A stretch of 57,913 nt of DNA from an uncultured Armatimonadia bacterium (GCA_964617715.1 CAZTZN010000008.1:1-57913), one strand, 5' to 3'. Positions 1-9,729 are shown, counted from the first letter of the stretch. The notes: generated by a model from the sequence alone, not told the origin. Translations and numbers: made by a program.

Positions 1-37
1 GCAGCTCGATCAGAGTGAAGCCCACCCGTCGCATCAT
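1..37 (-). CDS. Prepilin-type N-terminal cleavage/methylation domain protein (5' end only, runs off window)
   Basis: Reverse strand reads MMRRVGFTLIEL (G|FTLIE class III signal); GGAGGGAG SD at 44-51; not in the ORF track because truncated. Confidence 0.8.
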   Translation of the reverse strand, partial: MMRRVGFTLIEL

Positions 38-280
38 CGTCATCTCCCTCCGTTGACTGAACGAACGCACACATGCTCCACTTCTACTACCTTCGCTGAG
101 AGTCCTTCAATGCAGAACCGTATCTTTTCTTCATTGCACGAACACGGAACCGCATCTCAGCGGTCCGGCAAACGGGGTGACCACACACCGGCCATGAGGC
201 GGACGAAGGAGGCCGGCGCCGTCACCGGGAATAGCCCGCGCGATGTGCGCCCATCCCTGACCCGCCTGGAGGCCGCGGCC

Positions 281-1534
281 ATAGATATTGCAGACGTCGT
301 GCAGCGCCTGGACATCGGCGCAAGCCGAAACGCCCTGGAGGCAGACTGGGAGCAATCGCAGGCCCATGCGCCCGGTGGTCCTCCGCCCTTCCTCGACGCC
401 GACTACCTCGCCCACGCCTCCGAGGTGGCCTGCGTGCCCGAGGAGTTCCGGCCCAACTTGCTGCGCGCCGCGAAGCGCATCGCGGCCGATGAGGCTGCGT
501 GCGCGCTCATCTGGCACGCGCACTGGTGGATGTTCGAGAGCGACGACTTCCGCTTCGAACGCGTGCGCTCGTGGCCGCGGCTGGTGCACTCCCTCGGCGA
601 GGAGGGCGGCCTGTTCTACCTGCTGGCGCTGCTCTCGGGCGTAGACAGCATGCGCGCCATCCACCGCGAGCACGACATCCCCGACGAGATCATCCGCGAC
701 ACTATGTCGCAGATCGCGCTCTATCTGAACATGACCGTCGAGCAACAGGGCTTCCCGGAGGTCATCCCGCACCTGGCCGGCTGGCTGATGAACCACCTGC
801 GCGGGGTCATCTACAAGTTCGCGCGCCTGCAATTCCAGTTCGGCGACTCGCGCTACCGCATCCGTGTGTTCCGCAACGACGCCACCGGCCAGGTGGTGGC
901 GTTATCCGAGGAGGGCGTGCGCTTCCGCCCGGACGGGCAGCTTCTACGCGATGGCGACGACCCGACCGGCGCCTGGACGGCGCATCTGAGCGTCGAAGGT
1001 GACGTGGTCGAGGGCAATCCGATCGTGCCCACCGGGCACGCGTTGCGCCGGCACGTCGAGCTGCCCGCGGATCGGTGGCGACAGGTGCTGGCGCCCGGTG
1101 ACCCGGTGCTGCACATCCACATTCCCGGTGGCGAGCCGATGCATTACGACAATTGCGGGCGCAGCTTCGAGATGGCGCTCGAGTTCTTCCCCGCGCACTT
1201 CCCGGACTACCGCTTCAACGCCTTCATGTGTGGCTCGTGGATCCTCAATACCGCCATCCAGCAGTTCATGCCCGCCCATTCAAATCTGGTACGGTTCCAG
1301 CGCGAGGTCTACCTCTTCCCCATCGGCCTGAGCGACTCCAGCCTGCCTCAGGCAATCTTCGACGAGATGCCTGCGGACCTGACACGCGCGCCGCGCGACA
1401 CCTCCATGCGACGCGGCTACGTCGAGGCGATGCTCACGGGCGGCCTGGTGACCGGCGGAGGGGGCTGCTTCCTGCTGCCGGAGGATGTGAACTGGGGGGC
1501 GCAGGTGTACCTGAGCCAGGAGATGCCGTGGTAG
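281..1534 (+). CDS. Acyltransferase domain protein (NAT_N/GNAT_C, DUF5596-like); start uncertain
   Basis: Motifs IYKFARLQF, LHIHIPGG, FMCGSWILN, NLVRFQR. GGAGG SD at 268-272 precedes in-frame ATA at 281; GTG at 299 is an alternative start. Confidence 0.7.
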   Translation: MDIADVVQRLDIGASRNALEADWEQSQAHAPGGPPPFLDADYLAHASEVACVPEEFRPNLLRAAKRIAADEAACALIWHAHWWMFESDDFRFERVRSWPRLVHSLGEEGGLFYLLALLSGVDSMRAIHREHDIPDEIIRDTMSQIALYLNMTVEQQGFPEVIPHLAGWLMNHLRGVIYKFARLQFQFGDSRYRIRVFRNDATGQVVALSEEGVRFRPDGQLLRDGDDPTGAWTAHLSVEGDVVEGNPIVPTGHALRRHVELPADRWRQVLAPGDPVLHIHIPGGEPMHYDNCGRSFEMALEFFPAHFPDYRFNAFMCGSWILNTAIQQFMPAHSNLVRFQREVYLFPIGLSDSSLPQAIFDEMPADLTRAPRDTSMRRGYVEAMLTGGLVTGGGGCFLLPEDVNWGAQVYLSQEMPW

Positions 1535-1706
1535 TCTGAGTTCGGTACGCAACGCACGGGCGGGCGAGAGCGCGCGAGCGTCCTGCGCCCTGACACCGAA
1601 GCGCAGGCACCCCGCCTCCTTGGGTCTCGCAGGCTGTGCAGCGCAGGAGACACGCGGCAATTGAGGAGAGGGCATCCGGCTCGCCATGGAAGGTGAGTGA
1701 GTGACG

Positions 1707-2387
1707 ATGGCCGAGAAGATCACGCTGGGCGTGTTCGCCTCCGGCGGCGGCACCAACTTCCAGTCGATCATCGACCACTGCCAATCGGGCGCCATCGACG
1801 CCCGCGTGGCGTTGCTCATCAGCAACCGCAAGAACGCGGGGGCGCTCGACCGCGCGCGGCGGCACGGCATCGCCACTGAAGTGGTGCCCGTGGGCAAGGA
1901 CCTCTCGGAGGAGTTCTTCGCCGCCGACCGGCGCCACGTCGCGCTGCTGCGCGACCACGGCGTGGAGCTGGTGTGCCTGGCCGGCTACATGCGTCGCATC
2001 GGTCCCGGTGTGCTCGAGACGTTCGAGCGAGCGGTCCTCAACATCCACCCGGCGCTTCTGCCCTCATTCCCGGGTGCGCATGGTCAGCGCGACGCCGCGG
2101 CCTACGGTGTACGCGTGTCGGGCGCGACGGTCCACTTCGCCGACGAGGAGTTCGATCGCGGGCCGATCATCATCCAGGCCGCGGTGCCGGTGCTGCCCGA
2201 CGACGACGAGGACACCCTGGCAGCGCGCATCCTGGCGCAGGAGCATCGCATCTACCCGCAGGCCATCCAGTGGTTCGCTGAGGGGCGGTTGCAGTTCGAC
2301 GGCCGACGCGTGTTCCTGGACCCACCCTCGCGCGGCAGCTTCGCCGACCAGGGCGCGGGCGTGATCATCAGCCCGCCGCTGGAGTGA
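1707..2387 (+). CDS. purN: Phosphoribosylglycinamide formyltransferase
   Basis: ASGGGTNFQSII, LAGYMR, LNIHPALLPSFPG, GATVHF, DRGPII, EHRIYP. Confidence 0.97.
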   Translation: MAEKITLGVFASGGGTNFQSIIDHCQSGAIDARVALLISNRKNAGALDRARRHGIATEVVPVGKDLSEEFFAADRRHVALLRDHGVELVCLAGYMRRIGPGVLETFERAVLNIHPALLPSFPGAHGQRDAAAYGVRVSGATVHFADEEFDRGPIIIQAAVPVLPDDDEDTLAARILAQEHRIYPQAIQWFAEGRLQFDGRRVFLDPPSRGSFADQGAGVIISPPLE

Positions 2388-2490
2388 GACAGTCGCCGGT
2401 CGCCGGTCACAAGTCGCAAGCTGGCGACGTGTGACAGCGTGCAGCCGTTGGCTTTGCTTGTGACGGGCGACTTGTGACTGACGACTCGCC
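2388..2490. repeat. Intergenic heptamer-periodic inverted repeat
   Basis: gtcgccg-gtcgccg-gtcacaa-gtcgcaa mirrored by cttgtga-cgggcga-cttgtga-ctgacga; perfect 12-bp IR 2406-2417 / 2467-2478. Confidence 0.7.
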
Positions 2491-2508
2491 GTTACGGAGG
2501 CCACGACC

Positions 2509-3309
2509 ATGACCGACGTGCACTGCCATGTGCGCTGGCAGGGGATGGACATCGACGACTGCGTCGCACACTTCACCGCTATCGGCATCGACCGCGTCTG
2601 GACGCTGGCCTGGGAATGCTGGTGGCGACGGGTGCGCGGGGAGTACGAGCTGCCGACCAGCGATGTCGAGGCGGCGTTCGAGCGCCACCCGGAGATGTTC
2701 GTGCCCTTCTGCTGCATCGATCCACGCGAGGCCGACTTCGATGCGCGTTTCGACTACTACGTCGAGCGCGGCTTCCGCGGGTTCGGCGAGATGAAGCTGC
2801 GCCTGCGGGTGGACAATGATGACTGCAAGCGCGTCTACGCGCGCTGCGCCGAGGTGGGCTGGCCGGTGCTGTTCCACATGGACCGCTGTCTGCAGCCGGG
2901 TGGCCAGTGGTACATGACCGATGTTGAGCGGCTGGAGCCCGTGCTGAACGAGTTCCCGGACACCATCTTCGTCGGCCACGGGCCGGGTTGGTGGGCCGAG
3001 ATCTCCGGCGACGCCGATGAGGTGCGCGAGCCCTACCCGACCGGCCCGGTGGTTGAGGGTGGACGCCTGCCGCGCATGCTGCGCGAATATGACAACCTCT
3101 ACGCCGACCTGTCCGCCGGATCGGGCCACAACGCCATCACTCGCGACCCCGAGTGGGGCCGGCAGTTCGTCATCGACTTCAGCGACAAGCTGATGTACGG
3201 CACCGACTCCTACGACACTATGCACCTGGACACGCTGCGCGCGATGGAGCTTCCGGCGCAGGTCTTCGACGCTATCATGGGGGGGAATGCGCGCAGGCTG
3301 GTGCCGTGA
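2509..3309 (+). CDS. Amidohydrolase family protein (Amidohydro_2 type TIM barrel)
   Basis: DVHCH metal motif, GFGEMK, VLFH, FVGHGPGWW, YADLS, LMYGTD; GGAGG SD. Confidence 0.85.
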   Translation: MTDVHCHVRWQGMDIDDCVAHFTAIGIDRVWTLAWECWWRRVRGEYELPTSDVEAAFERHPEMFVPFCCIDPREADFDARFDYYVERGFRGFGEMKLRLRVDNDDCKRVYARCAEVGWPVLFHMDRCLQPGGQWYMTDVERLEPVLNEFPDTIFVGHGPGWWAEISGDADEVREPYPTGPVVEGGRLPRMLREYDNLYADLSAGSGHNAITRDPEWGRQFVIDFSDKLMYGTDSYDTMHLDTLRAMELPAQVFDAIMGGNARRLVP

Positions 3310-3342
3310 AGCGGTCGTGGTGGTTCCGAACGACCGGCCGGC

Positions 3343-3472
3343 CTGAAGCCGGCTTCAGTCGCTGCCCTCCCCCGCACCGCTCCAACGACCGGGAGCGCGC
3401 CTGCGGTTCATGGGAGTGCCGGCCTCCGCTCCGCCCTGTGCCGTTGCCGTCAGCCGCCTGCCGGAGGCCGGC
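3343..3472. repeat. REP-like palindromes between convergent genes
   Basis: Perfect 16-bp palindrome ctgaagccggcttcag (3343-3358); 11-bp IR gccggcctccg (3418-3428) / cggaggccggc (3462-3472). Confidence 0.55.
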
Positions 3473-3496
3473 CGCCGGCAAGAGGCGGCTTCCCGC

Positions 3497-4753
3497 TCAC
3501 ACCCACCGCCCGCCGCCGCCGCGGAAGTTCCACTGGGTGGCGACCAGAACCGCCGCCAGCGTGGCTCCGCAGGCCCACAGCGCGGTGGCGGCGCCCCAGC
3601 CGGCGGTGTCGGCGAGGTAGCCGGTGAGCGCGACCGTACCCGCCGAGCCGAGAGCGCCGAAGAAGTCGATGAACCCGCCGGCGCTGGCCGCGGCCTTGCG
3701 CGTGGCCACGTCCATGGCCATCGTATGCACGATCATCATGTCGGAGGCGTAGGTGCAGGCGCCCACGGCCATGAGGTAGACTATCAGCAGCCAGGTGACC
3801 TGCACCGGCACCAGCGGGAAGATGGCGCTCAAGGCGGCCAGTACCACGAGCATGGGCACCACGATCGGCGCCCGCCGTCCGCCGAGGCTGACGTCGCTCG
3901 CCCAGCCCGCCGCGAAGTTGCCCAGGATTCCCCCCAGCCACATGACCGCGCTGATCGCCGCCGCGCGACCGATGCTGGCGCCCTGCTCGGTGATGTAGGT
4001 GACCGCCCAGATGCCGAAGCCGTAGCGGGTGATGGTCAGGCCGAAGAAGGCGATGGCGAGCGCCCAGATGCGCGGGTTGCGTACGGTCATCGACGCGACG
4101 TAGCCCCAGCCGTTGAACGAGTCGCCACCTTCGGTGGCCTCACCTCCGGATTGCTCCTCGACGCAGGGCAACCCGACATCCTCAGGCGCGGCGCGCAGGC
4201 GCAGGAAGGTATGCACCGCGGAGACCGCCAGCACCGCCGCGGGCACGATGAACGCCCAGCGCCAGCCGTAGCTTCCCGCCAACCAACCGGCCAGCAGCAT
4301 CACCAGCAGAGACCCGGTCGGGTAGTCGGCCCCGCGGATGGCGGAGACGCGCCCGCGGTGCGAGGGCGGGAACCAGTTGGCGATCACCTTGGTGGTCGCC
4401 GGGAACCCGGTGGCCTGGAACAGGCCGTTGAGGCCCCAGATGACCATCATCGGGACGATGGGGCGCGAGAACGCAAAGGCGACATTCAGCGCCGCCGAGG
4501 CGAGCATGCCTCCCAGCAGCAGCCAGCGCGGGCCGTGGCGGTCGCTCAGCGCCCCGAAGAGGAGCTGGCCGATGGCGTATCCGATGAACAGCGCTCCGGT
4601 GATCTGCCCGAGGTCCGCGCGGCTCAGGCCCAGGTCACTCTGCATCGCGGGCAACGCCGCAGCGATGTTCTGGCGGCAGAAGTAGTAGGTCGCGTAGGTG
4701 GCGAACACCACGCCGACCGTGCGCCACTGCCAGCGCCGCAGCTCGCGGGTCAT
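3497..4753 (-). CDS. MFS transporter, GlpT/OPA-like; start uncertain (up to 4834)
   Basis: YATYYFCRQN, GALSDRHGPR MFS motif, WGLNGLFQATG, NWFPPSHRG, GWASD; many hydrophobic segments. Confidence 0.9.
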   Translation of the reverse strand: MTRELRRWQWRTVGVVFATYATYYFCRQNIAAALPAMQSDLGLSRADLGQITGALFIGYAIGQLLFGALSDRHGPRWLLLGGMLASAALNVAFAFSRPIVPMMVIWGLNGLFQATGFPATTKVIANWFPPSHRGRVSAIRGADYPTGSLLVMLLAGWLAGSYGWRWAFIVPAAVLAVSAVHTFLRLRAAPEDVGLPCVEEQSGGEATEGGDSFNGWGYVASMTVRNPRIWALAIAFFGLTITRYGFGIWAVTYITEQGASIGRAAAISAVMWLGGILGNFAAGWASDVSLGGRRAPIVVPMLVVLAALSAIFPLVPVQVTWLLIVYLMAVGACTYASDMMIVHTMAMDVATRKAAASAGGFIDFFGALGSAGTVALTGYLADTAGWGAATALWACGATLAAVLVATQWNFRGGGGRWV

Positions 4754-4851
4754 GTCGGGAGTCGCGCAACCGATCTCGCTCAGCACGTACATGCGCCTCC
4801 GGCAGGTCTCGTCGTGTTCATGGCGAAGCGTCATGGCCGTGAGTCCGGAGG

Positions 4852-4880
4852 CTTGTACCATACGCTCCGGACGCGGTCAA
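4852..4880 (-). promoter_or_regulatory. Putative sigma70 promoter for the MFS gene
   Basis: TTGACC-17 nt-TACAAG on the minus strand, with TG extended -10. Confidence 0.45.
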
Positions 4881-4918
4881 GCGCGACGCGCCGAAGGACA
4901 GTTACCCGGGAGGATATC

Positions 4919-5911
4919 ATGAGCGTCAGGATCGTCGTCGTCGGCTACGGCAGCGCATTCGGGATGGGCCACCACCACGCGGAGTCGATCCGCAACACCG
5001 AAGGACTGGAGCTGGTTGGCGTCTGCGAGCCCGACGCCGAGCGCCGGGCGCTCGCAGCCGAGACCGAGGGCGTGCCTACCTACGACAGCATGGATGCGGT
5101 CGTGGCCGATGACGGCGTGGACATGGTGGCGCTGATTGTGCCGCATGATGTGCACGCCCCCCTCGCCATCCAGGCCATGGAGGCGGGCAAGCACGTCATC
5201 ACCGAGAAGCCCATGTGCGTGACTACGGCGGAGGCCGATGCGATGATCGCCGCCGCGAAGGCGAACGACGTGGTCCTGACCGTCTACCACAACCGGCGCT
5301 GGGACAGCGACTTCGTGACCGTCAAGCGGCTCATCGACGAAGGCGCCATCGGCGAGGTGTTCATGGTCGAGTGCGCCATCTCCGGACCGCGCCCCCTGAG
5401 CGGTTGGCGGCGGCAGGAGAAGCACGGTGGCGGGCAGATTCGCGACTGGGGCGCACACGTGCTCGACCAAATGTGCCTGATCGCCGGCGGTCCCGCCACG
5501 AGCGTCTTCGCCGACTTCGAGTACCGCGTGTGGACCGATATCATGGATGTGCCGACACACACTCAGCTCATGATCGAGTTCGAGTCAGGCATGTGGGCGG
5601 AAGCGACCTTCAGCAACATCTCGTGGGTGCCCAAGCCGCGCTGGCGGGTGCTGGGCGAGAAGGGCGGGTTGCTCAAGGAGTCCGGCGGCGGCGGCACAGT
5701 CAGCCTCTACCACCAGGTCGCGGGTCAACCGTCGGTGACCGAGGTGCAGTGCGTCGAGACCAACCTGGCCGAACTCTACCAGAACGTCGCCGACCACATC
5801 AACGAGGGCGTCGAGCTCATCGTCAAGCCGGAGGAGGCGCGTCGCTACGTAGCGATCTACGAAGCCGCCTACGTGTCGGCCGAGACCGGTCAGGCCGTGG
5901 CGCCGGGGTAG
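4919..5911 (+). CDS. Gfo/Idh/MocA family oxidoreductase
   Basis: VVGYGSAFGMG Rossmann fold, GKHVITEKPM, YHNRRWD, GGGQIRDWGAHVLD; GGAGG SD. Confidence 0.93.
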   Translation: MSVRIVVVGYGSAFGMGHHHAESIRNTEGLELVGVCEPDAERRALAAETEGVPTYDSMDAVVADDGVDMVALIVPHDVHAPLAIQAMEAGKHVITEKPMCVTTAEADAMIAAAKANDVVLTVYHNRRWDSDFVTVKRLIDEGAIGEVFMVECAISGPRPLSGWRRQEKHGGGQIRDWGAHVLDQMCLIAGGPATSVFADFEYRVWTDIMDVPTHTQLMIEFESGMWAEATFSNISWVPKPRWRVLGEKGGLLKESGGGGTVSLYHQVAGQPSVTEVQCVETNLAELYQNVADHINEGVELIVKPEEARRYVAIYEAAYVSAETGQAVAPG

Positions 5912-5913
5912 CG

Positions 5914-8900
5914 CTACTCCAGCCACAGCAGCCGGGTGGTTGACTCGGGCAGCGCGACCTCGAGGTGGTCGGCGTTGGCCGCCAGCACCTCGCCGGTCCA
6001 CGCATCGGTGACCGTCATCGGCCGGGGCAGCGCCACCGGCACCGTGCGGTCGCCGTCCCAGCCGCTGTGCAGCATCAGCATCCGATTGTCCGCGTCCAGC
6101 ACCACGTCCTCGTCGCAGTACAGGTGCACGCCCGCGTAGCGCGCCACCCCGCGCAGCAGCTCGCCGGTCATGCGTGGCACCGCACAGTAGACCGAGCGCC
6201 ACTCGCCCAGATCGCGCGCGGCGAAGGCGGGCTGGCCGTCCGGGTACGTGCCCAGCACGGTCGCCTCCGGGTCGTCGATGGCGAACACCGGGCCGAACTC
6301 CGGTGGGTGCAGCTTCACCGACAGGTCGTACCCGAAGGCCACGATCTTCACGCTTGTCCCGGGCTCTATCCCCGCGAGCACCGGGTGGTCTGATGCCACC
6401 GTCGCGTATTCCATCCACTCGCGCTCCGCGCGCTTGACCACCTTCATGCCGACCAGGTCGGAGATGCCCTCGACCGTCAGCCCGTCCTCGCGGCTCACAT
6501 AGCCGGGCGCGTAGAAGAACAGCAGGGTGCGCCCGTTGGACTTGAGCGCCTCGATGGCCGCGCGATCCTCGGCGCGCAGGAAGAAGGCGTTGAGGAAGAC
6601 GTAGAGCCGGTAGCCGTCGCGCACCTGCGGGTCGGCCAGATCGTCGAGGCAGTAGATGTCGTAGGGCGCGCCCAATTTGCCCATGCTCTCCCAGAGCGTA
6701 TACGGGATGAGGTTGTGGTAGATCGGCGCGGTGCGGTAGACGTCGTGGTAGTACATCGTGCGTCCGGTGGTGAACACCGCGATCTGAGCGGCGGACTCGC
6801 GCTCGCGCTCGATGGCCCGCATGTGCGCCGCGCGCGCCTGCTCAACGGCCCCCAGGATACCGGAATCGGTGAACCAGCCGACACTGTCGCGCCCCTCGCC
6901 GCGGCTCCAGTCGCTGAACCAGTAGCCCTGTCCGTCGATCATCATCCCGGCCATGTCGCGACGCATGACCGCTCGGGTCTCGCGCTCGGAGCGCATGCGC
7001 CCGTAGGTTTTCTGCGCGGCGATGAAGGTGCGGTGGTCGATCTCGCCCATGAACAACTTCCCGTGGATGCGCAGCGAGTCGGCGGAGTGCGACGTGTAGT
7101 ACGACGTGCCCGGGCGCCGGCTGGAGTAGGGCGTGGGCTCGGCGAAGAAGTCCCAGTTCGGATCCTGCAGGCGCTCGTACAGGTCGAAGTTGTTGTTCTG
7201 CAGCCACGCGCCCGGGGTATTGTAGCCACGCAGGTGCGCGACGTCGTAGCCGTAGTAGGTTCCCGCAAGCACCTCGCGCCCGGCCTCCTGCTTGACAATG
7301 CGCATCAGCTCCGCATTGAAGCGACCGACCACGCCCGACATCCACTCCGCATAGTCGAAGGTCATCGCGCTGCCCAGCGGATCGCGGAACACCCCGCCAT
7401 CCACACCCTCGGCCGCCAGCTCGCTCACCACCGGCGTCGCGGTCTCGAAGGTCAGTTCCGGATCGTGCCACGCCGCGCGCAGATCCGCGACTGAACCCGC
7501 GTACTTCGAGCGCAGCCACTCGCGGAAATCGGTGAGCGCCTGCGGATTGTAGTCGCCGAAGGTGAGCTGTGAGCGGTCCTCCTGGAACAGGTTGCTCTCG
7601 GTCCCGCCCATGACCGAGTCCGGAGAGCCGCACACGTAGGGCAGCCAGCCGATCACATGATCGGCATACGGACCCTCATGGACCCAGCGCACCAACCGGC
7701 GCAGGAAGTCGTGCACGCCCTCGGTGTACTTCGCCGATGAGAAGCAGATCGGCCCGAGCGCGCCCTGGGCGGTCACCAGGCGCTCGTCGGGGTTGCGCTC
7801 CAGCCACTCGCCCTCGGGTCGCAGGTCCGGGTTCACGATGAACAGCGCGTTCGGGTCGCTGCGCAGCGCCATCTCGAAGCGCTGGGTCAGGTGCGCGCAC
7901 ACCCGCTCGAAATGCCCGGGCACATCATCGTAGGACAGCGGCATGGTCTTGACGTGGTAAACCCGCACACCGGCGGCTGAGTAGTCGTGGTAGCGGCCAA
8001 ACGACGGCATGGTCATCGCCCAGGCGGTGGGCGGGACCGGGCGCGCGCCGAGGAGCCAGCGCCCGCGCCCTCCGGAGAAGTCGAGCGCCGCGCCGGGCAC
8101 TCCCACGCGATGCGCCGCGCCCGGCCGCTCGATGCTCAATGACGCGATGCTGTCGAGCGGCTCCCCGGTGGCATCCACGACCACCAGGGACGAGCCGTCG
8201 CTACCGCGTGCGCGCAGGTGCACGTGCGTCGCCCCCTGCGGCGCCCACGCCGGCAGATGAATCTCGCCGATCAGCGTGTACTCCTCGCCAGCCTGCCACT
8301 GCGAGGTCGATGGATCGGCCGCGACCGCGCAGCCGGCGATGAACATGTCGGTCCACGGGACCTCCAGCGGCGTGTCCCCCACCTCGATCGCGAACGCGAA
8401 GTCTTCCGTGAGCGCCGCGCGTGGGCTTACCGTCACCTCGACGCGCACCGTGTCTCCGGGCTGCGCGGTCTCGGGCGTCACGGTCGCGGCGCGCAGTTCG
8501 ACCTGCTCGACATTCCTGCCCCGCGGCATCGCTTCGAGGATCGGCTGCTCGGGGCCCGTCACCGCGAGCGTCGTCAGCTCCAGGCCCTCGGGCGCCTCCG
8601 CGTCGAGGATCACCCGCACGCGGTCGGTCTCCACTTCATCGAAGGTCACGCGCAACTCCGCCGCGTCGGCGGGGGCATCGGCCACTTTCGCGACCGGCTC
8701 CCAGCGATCGGCGAGCCACGCGAGCACCGTCAGCGCCGCCACGTGCCCCGGCTCGGTCTGTCGGACGACCACGCCATCGACTCGGCGCGGCAGTCTCCAA
8801 CGCACGTCCAGCCACTGCGGCAGGTCGCCGGTGAGCGGCATCCAGGTGCTGGCCTCGCGTCCGTCAATCAGGTTGTCGGGATAATGCGTCTCCAGGTCCG

Positions 8901-9729
8901 CGAAGGACGAAGCCAGCACCCACGCGCCCTCGTCCGCGAGCGCCAGGTTGCCCTCGACCGGCGGCAGGCCGGTCTGCTGGGGGCGCTCGAAGGCCTCGGG
9001 CGGCGCCGCGGCGAGGGTCGCCTGATAGCGCGCACGGATCTGCTCAGCCCTCAGCGGCTCCGGCCAGATGGTGAACTCATCAATGGCCGTCTTCTCATCG
9101 CCCAGGTAGGCCCAGCCCGGGTAGGCGGTGCCGATGGCCAACTCCCAGCGGCCCTCAGCCGGGAGGGCAATCGCGGCCGCCTCGCCCGCAGCCTCGCCGT
9201 CAACAAACAGACGGTAGCGCGCGACATCCCAGGTGACCGCGAGGTGATGCCACTGCCCCTCTTCCCACGCGGGCGCGGGGACGCGGATGAGGGTGCTCTG
9301 ATCGGTGACGAGCGTGTTCTGCACCAGCAGTGCGACTTCGTCACTGTCCCAGAGCTTGTACAGGATCAGGCGCACGTAGCCGCGCTCGAGGTCCGCGAGC
9401 GCAAGGCGCGCGAAGAAGACGAAGTGCCGCGCCTGCGCGGGCGTCCAGTCCTGCGGTCGCACCCACATGCTCAGTGTGCCCTGCGGCGGGAAGAAGCCCT
9501 CGTTCAGGTAGTACGACAGGCGGTTCATGCCGCCGAGCACACGCGCCTGCCCCGTCAGTCCGGGGACATACGGTCCGTTCAGCGACGCGAAGCCGGTGAT
9601 CTGCCTGGGCGCGCCGAGGTTCAGTGTCGCCTCATCGCTCCCGTCGAAGGGCACGGCGAGCAGTGGCTCCTGCGCGCGGCAGAGGGTCGGGATGAGTGCG
9701 AGCGCGAGGGCAATCGCGACGCGGATCAT
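5914..9729 (-). CDS. Secreted multidomain glycoside hydrolase (LamG-like + discoidin-like + GH42/beta-galactosidase-like)
   Basis: Signal peptide; GTLSMWVRP/WHHLAVTWD/LFVDG/IDEFTIW LamG motifs; NLIDG..TW discoidin-like; FREWLRSKY..LRAAW GH42-like; GAPYDIY..YRLYVFLNAF trimerisation-like domain. Confidence 0.75.
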   Translation of the reverse strand: MIRVAIALALALIPTLCRAQEPLLAVPFDGSDEATLNLGAPRQITGFASLNGPYVPGLTGQARVLGGMNRLSYYLNEGFFPPQGTLSMWVRPQDWTPAQARHFVFFARLALADLERGYVRLILYKLWDSDEVALLVQNTLVTDQSTLIRVPAPAWEEGQWHHLAVTWDVARYRLFVDGEAAGEAAAIALPAEGRWELAIGTAYPGWAYLGDEKTAIDEFTIWPEPLRAEQIRARYQATLAAAPPEAFERPQQTGLPPVEGNLALADEGAWVLASSFADLETHYPDNLIDGREASTWMPLTGDLPQWLDVRWRLPRRVDGVVVRQTEPGHVAALTVLAWLADRWEPVAKVADAPADAAELRVTFDEVETDRVRVILDAEAPEGLELTTLAVTGPEQPILEAMPRGRNVEQVELRAATVTPETAQPGDTVRVEVTVSPRAALTEDFAFAIEVGDTPLEVPWTDMFIAGCAVAADPSTSQWQAGEEYTLIGEIHLPAWAPQGATHVHLRARGSDGSSLVVVDATGEPLDSIASLSIERPGAAHRVGVPGAALDFSGGRGRWLLGARPVPPTAWAMTMPSFGRYHDYSAAGVRVYHVKTMPLSYDDVPGHFERVCAHLTQRFEMALRSDPNALFIVNPDLRPEGEWLERNPDERLVTAQGALGPICFSSAKYTEGVHDFLRRLVRWVHEGPYADHVIGWLPYVCGSPDSVMGGTESNLFQEDRSQLTFGDYNPQALTDFREWLRSKYAGSVADLRAAWHDPELTFETATPVVSELAAEGVDGGVFRDPLGSAMTFDYAEWMSGVVGRFNAELMRIVKQEAGREVLAGTYYGYDVAHLRGYNTPGAWLQNNNFDLYERLQDPNWDFFAEPTPYSSRRPGTSYYTSHSADSLRIHGKLFMGEIDHRTFIAAQKTYGRMRSERETRAVMRRDMAGMMIDGQGYWFSDWSRGEGRDSVGWFTDSGILGAVEQARAAHMRAIERERESAAQIAVFTTGRTMYYHDVYRTAPIYHNLIPYTLWESMGKLGAPYDIYCLDDLADPQVRDGYRLYVFLNAFFLRAEDRAAIEALKSNGRTLLFFYAPGYVSREDGLTVEGISDLVGMKVVKRAEREWMEYATVASDHPVLAGIEPGTSVKIVAFGYDLSVKLHPPEFGPVFAIDDPEATVLGTYPDGQPAFAARDLGEWRSVYCAVPRMTGELLRGVARYAGVHLYCDEDVVLDADNRMLMLHSGWDGDRTVPVALPRPMTVTDAWTGEVLAANADHLEVALPESTTRLLWLE

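Noticed and set aside
4795-4850. GAGACCTGCC on the minus strand upstream of the MFS gene, resembling the 3' end of a cobalamin riboswitch
   Set aside because: The other B12-element motifs are missing, and there is too little room after the predicted promoter.
3410-4918. Apparent 500-aa N-terminal extension of the Gfo/Idh/MocA ORF (833 aa in the track)
   Set aside because: It is the antisense shadow of the MFS gene; the real start is ATG 4919 with a GGAGG SD.
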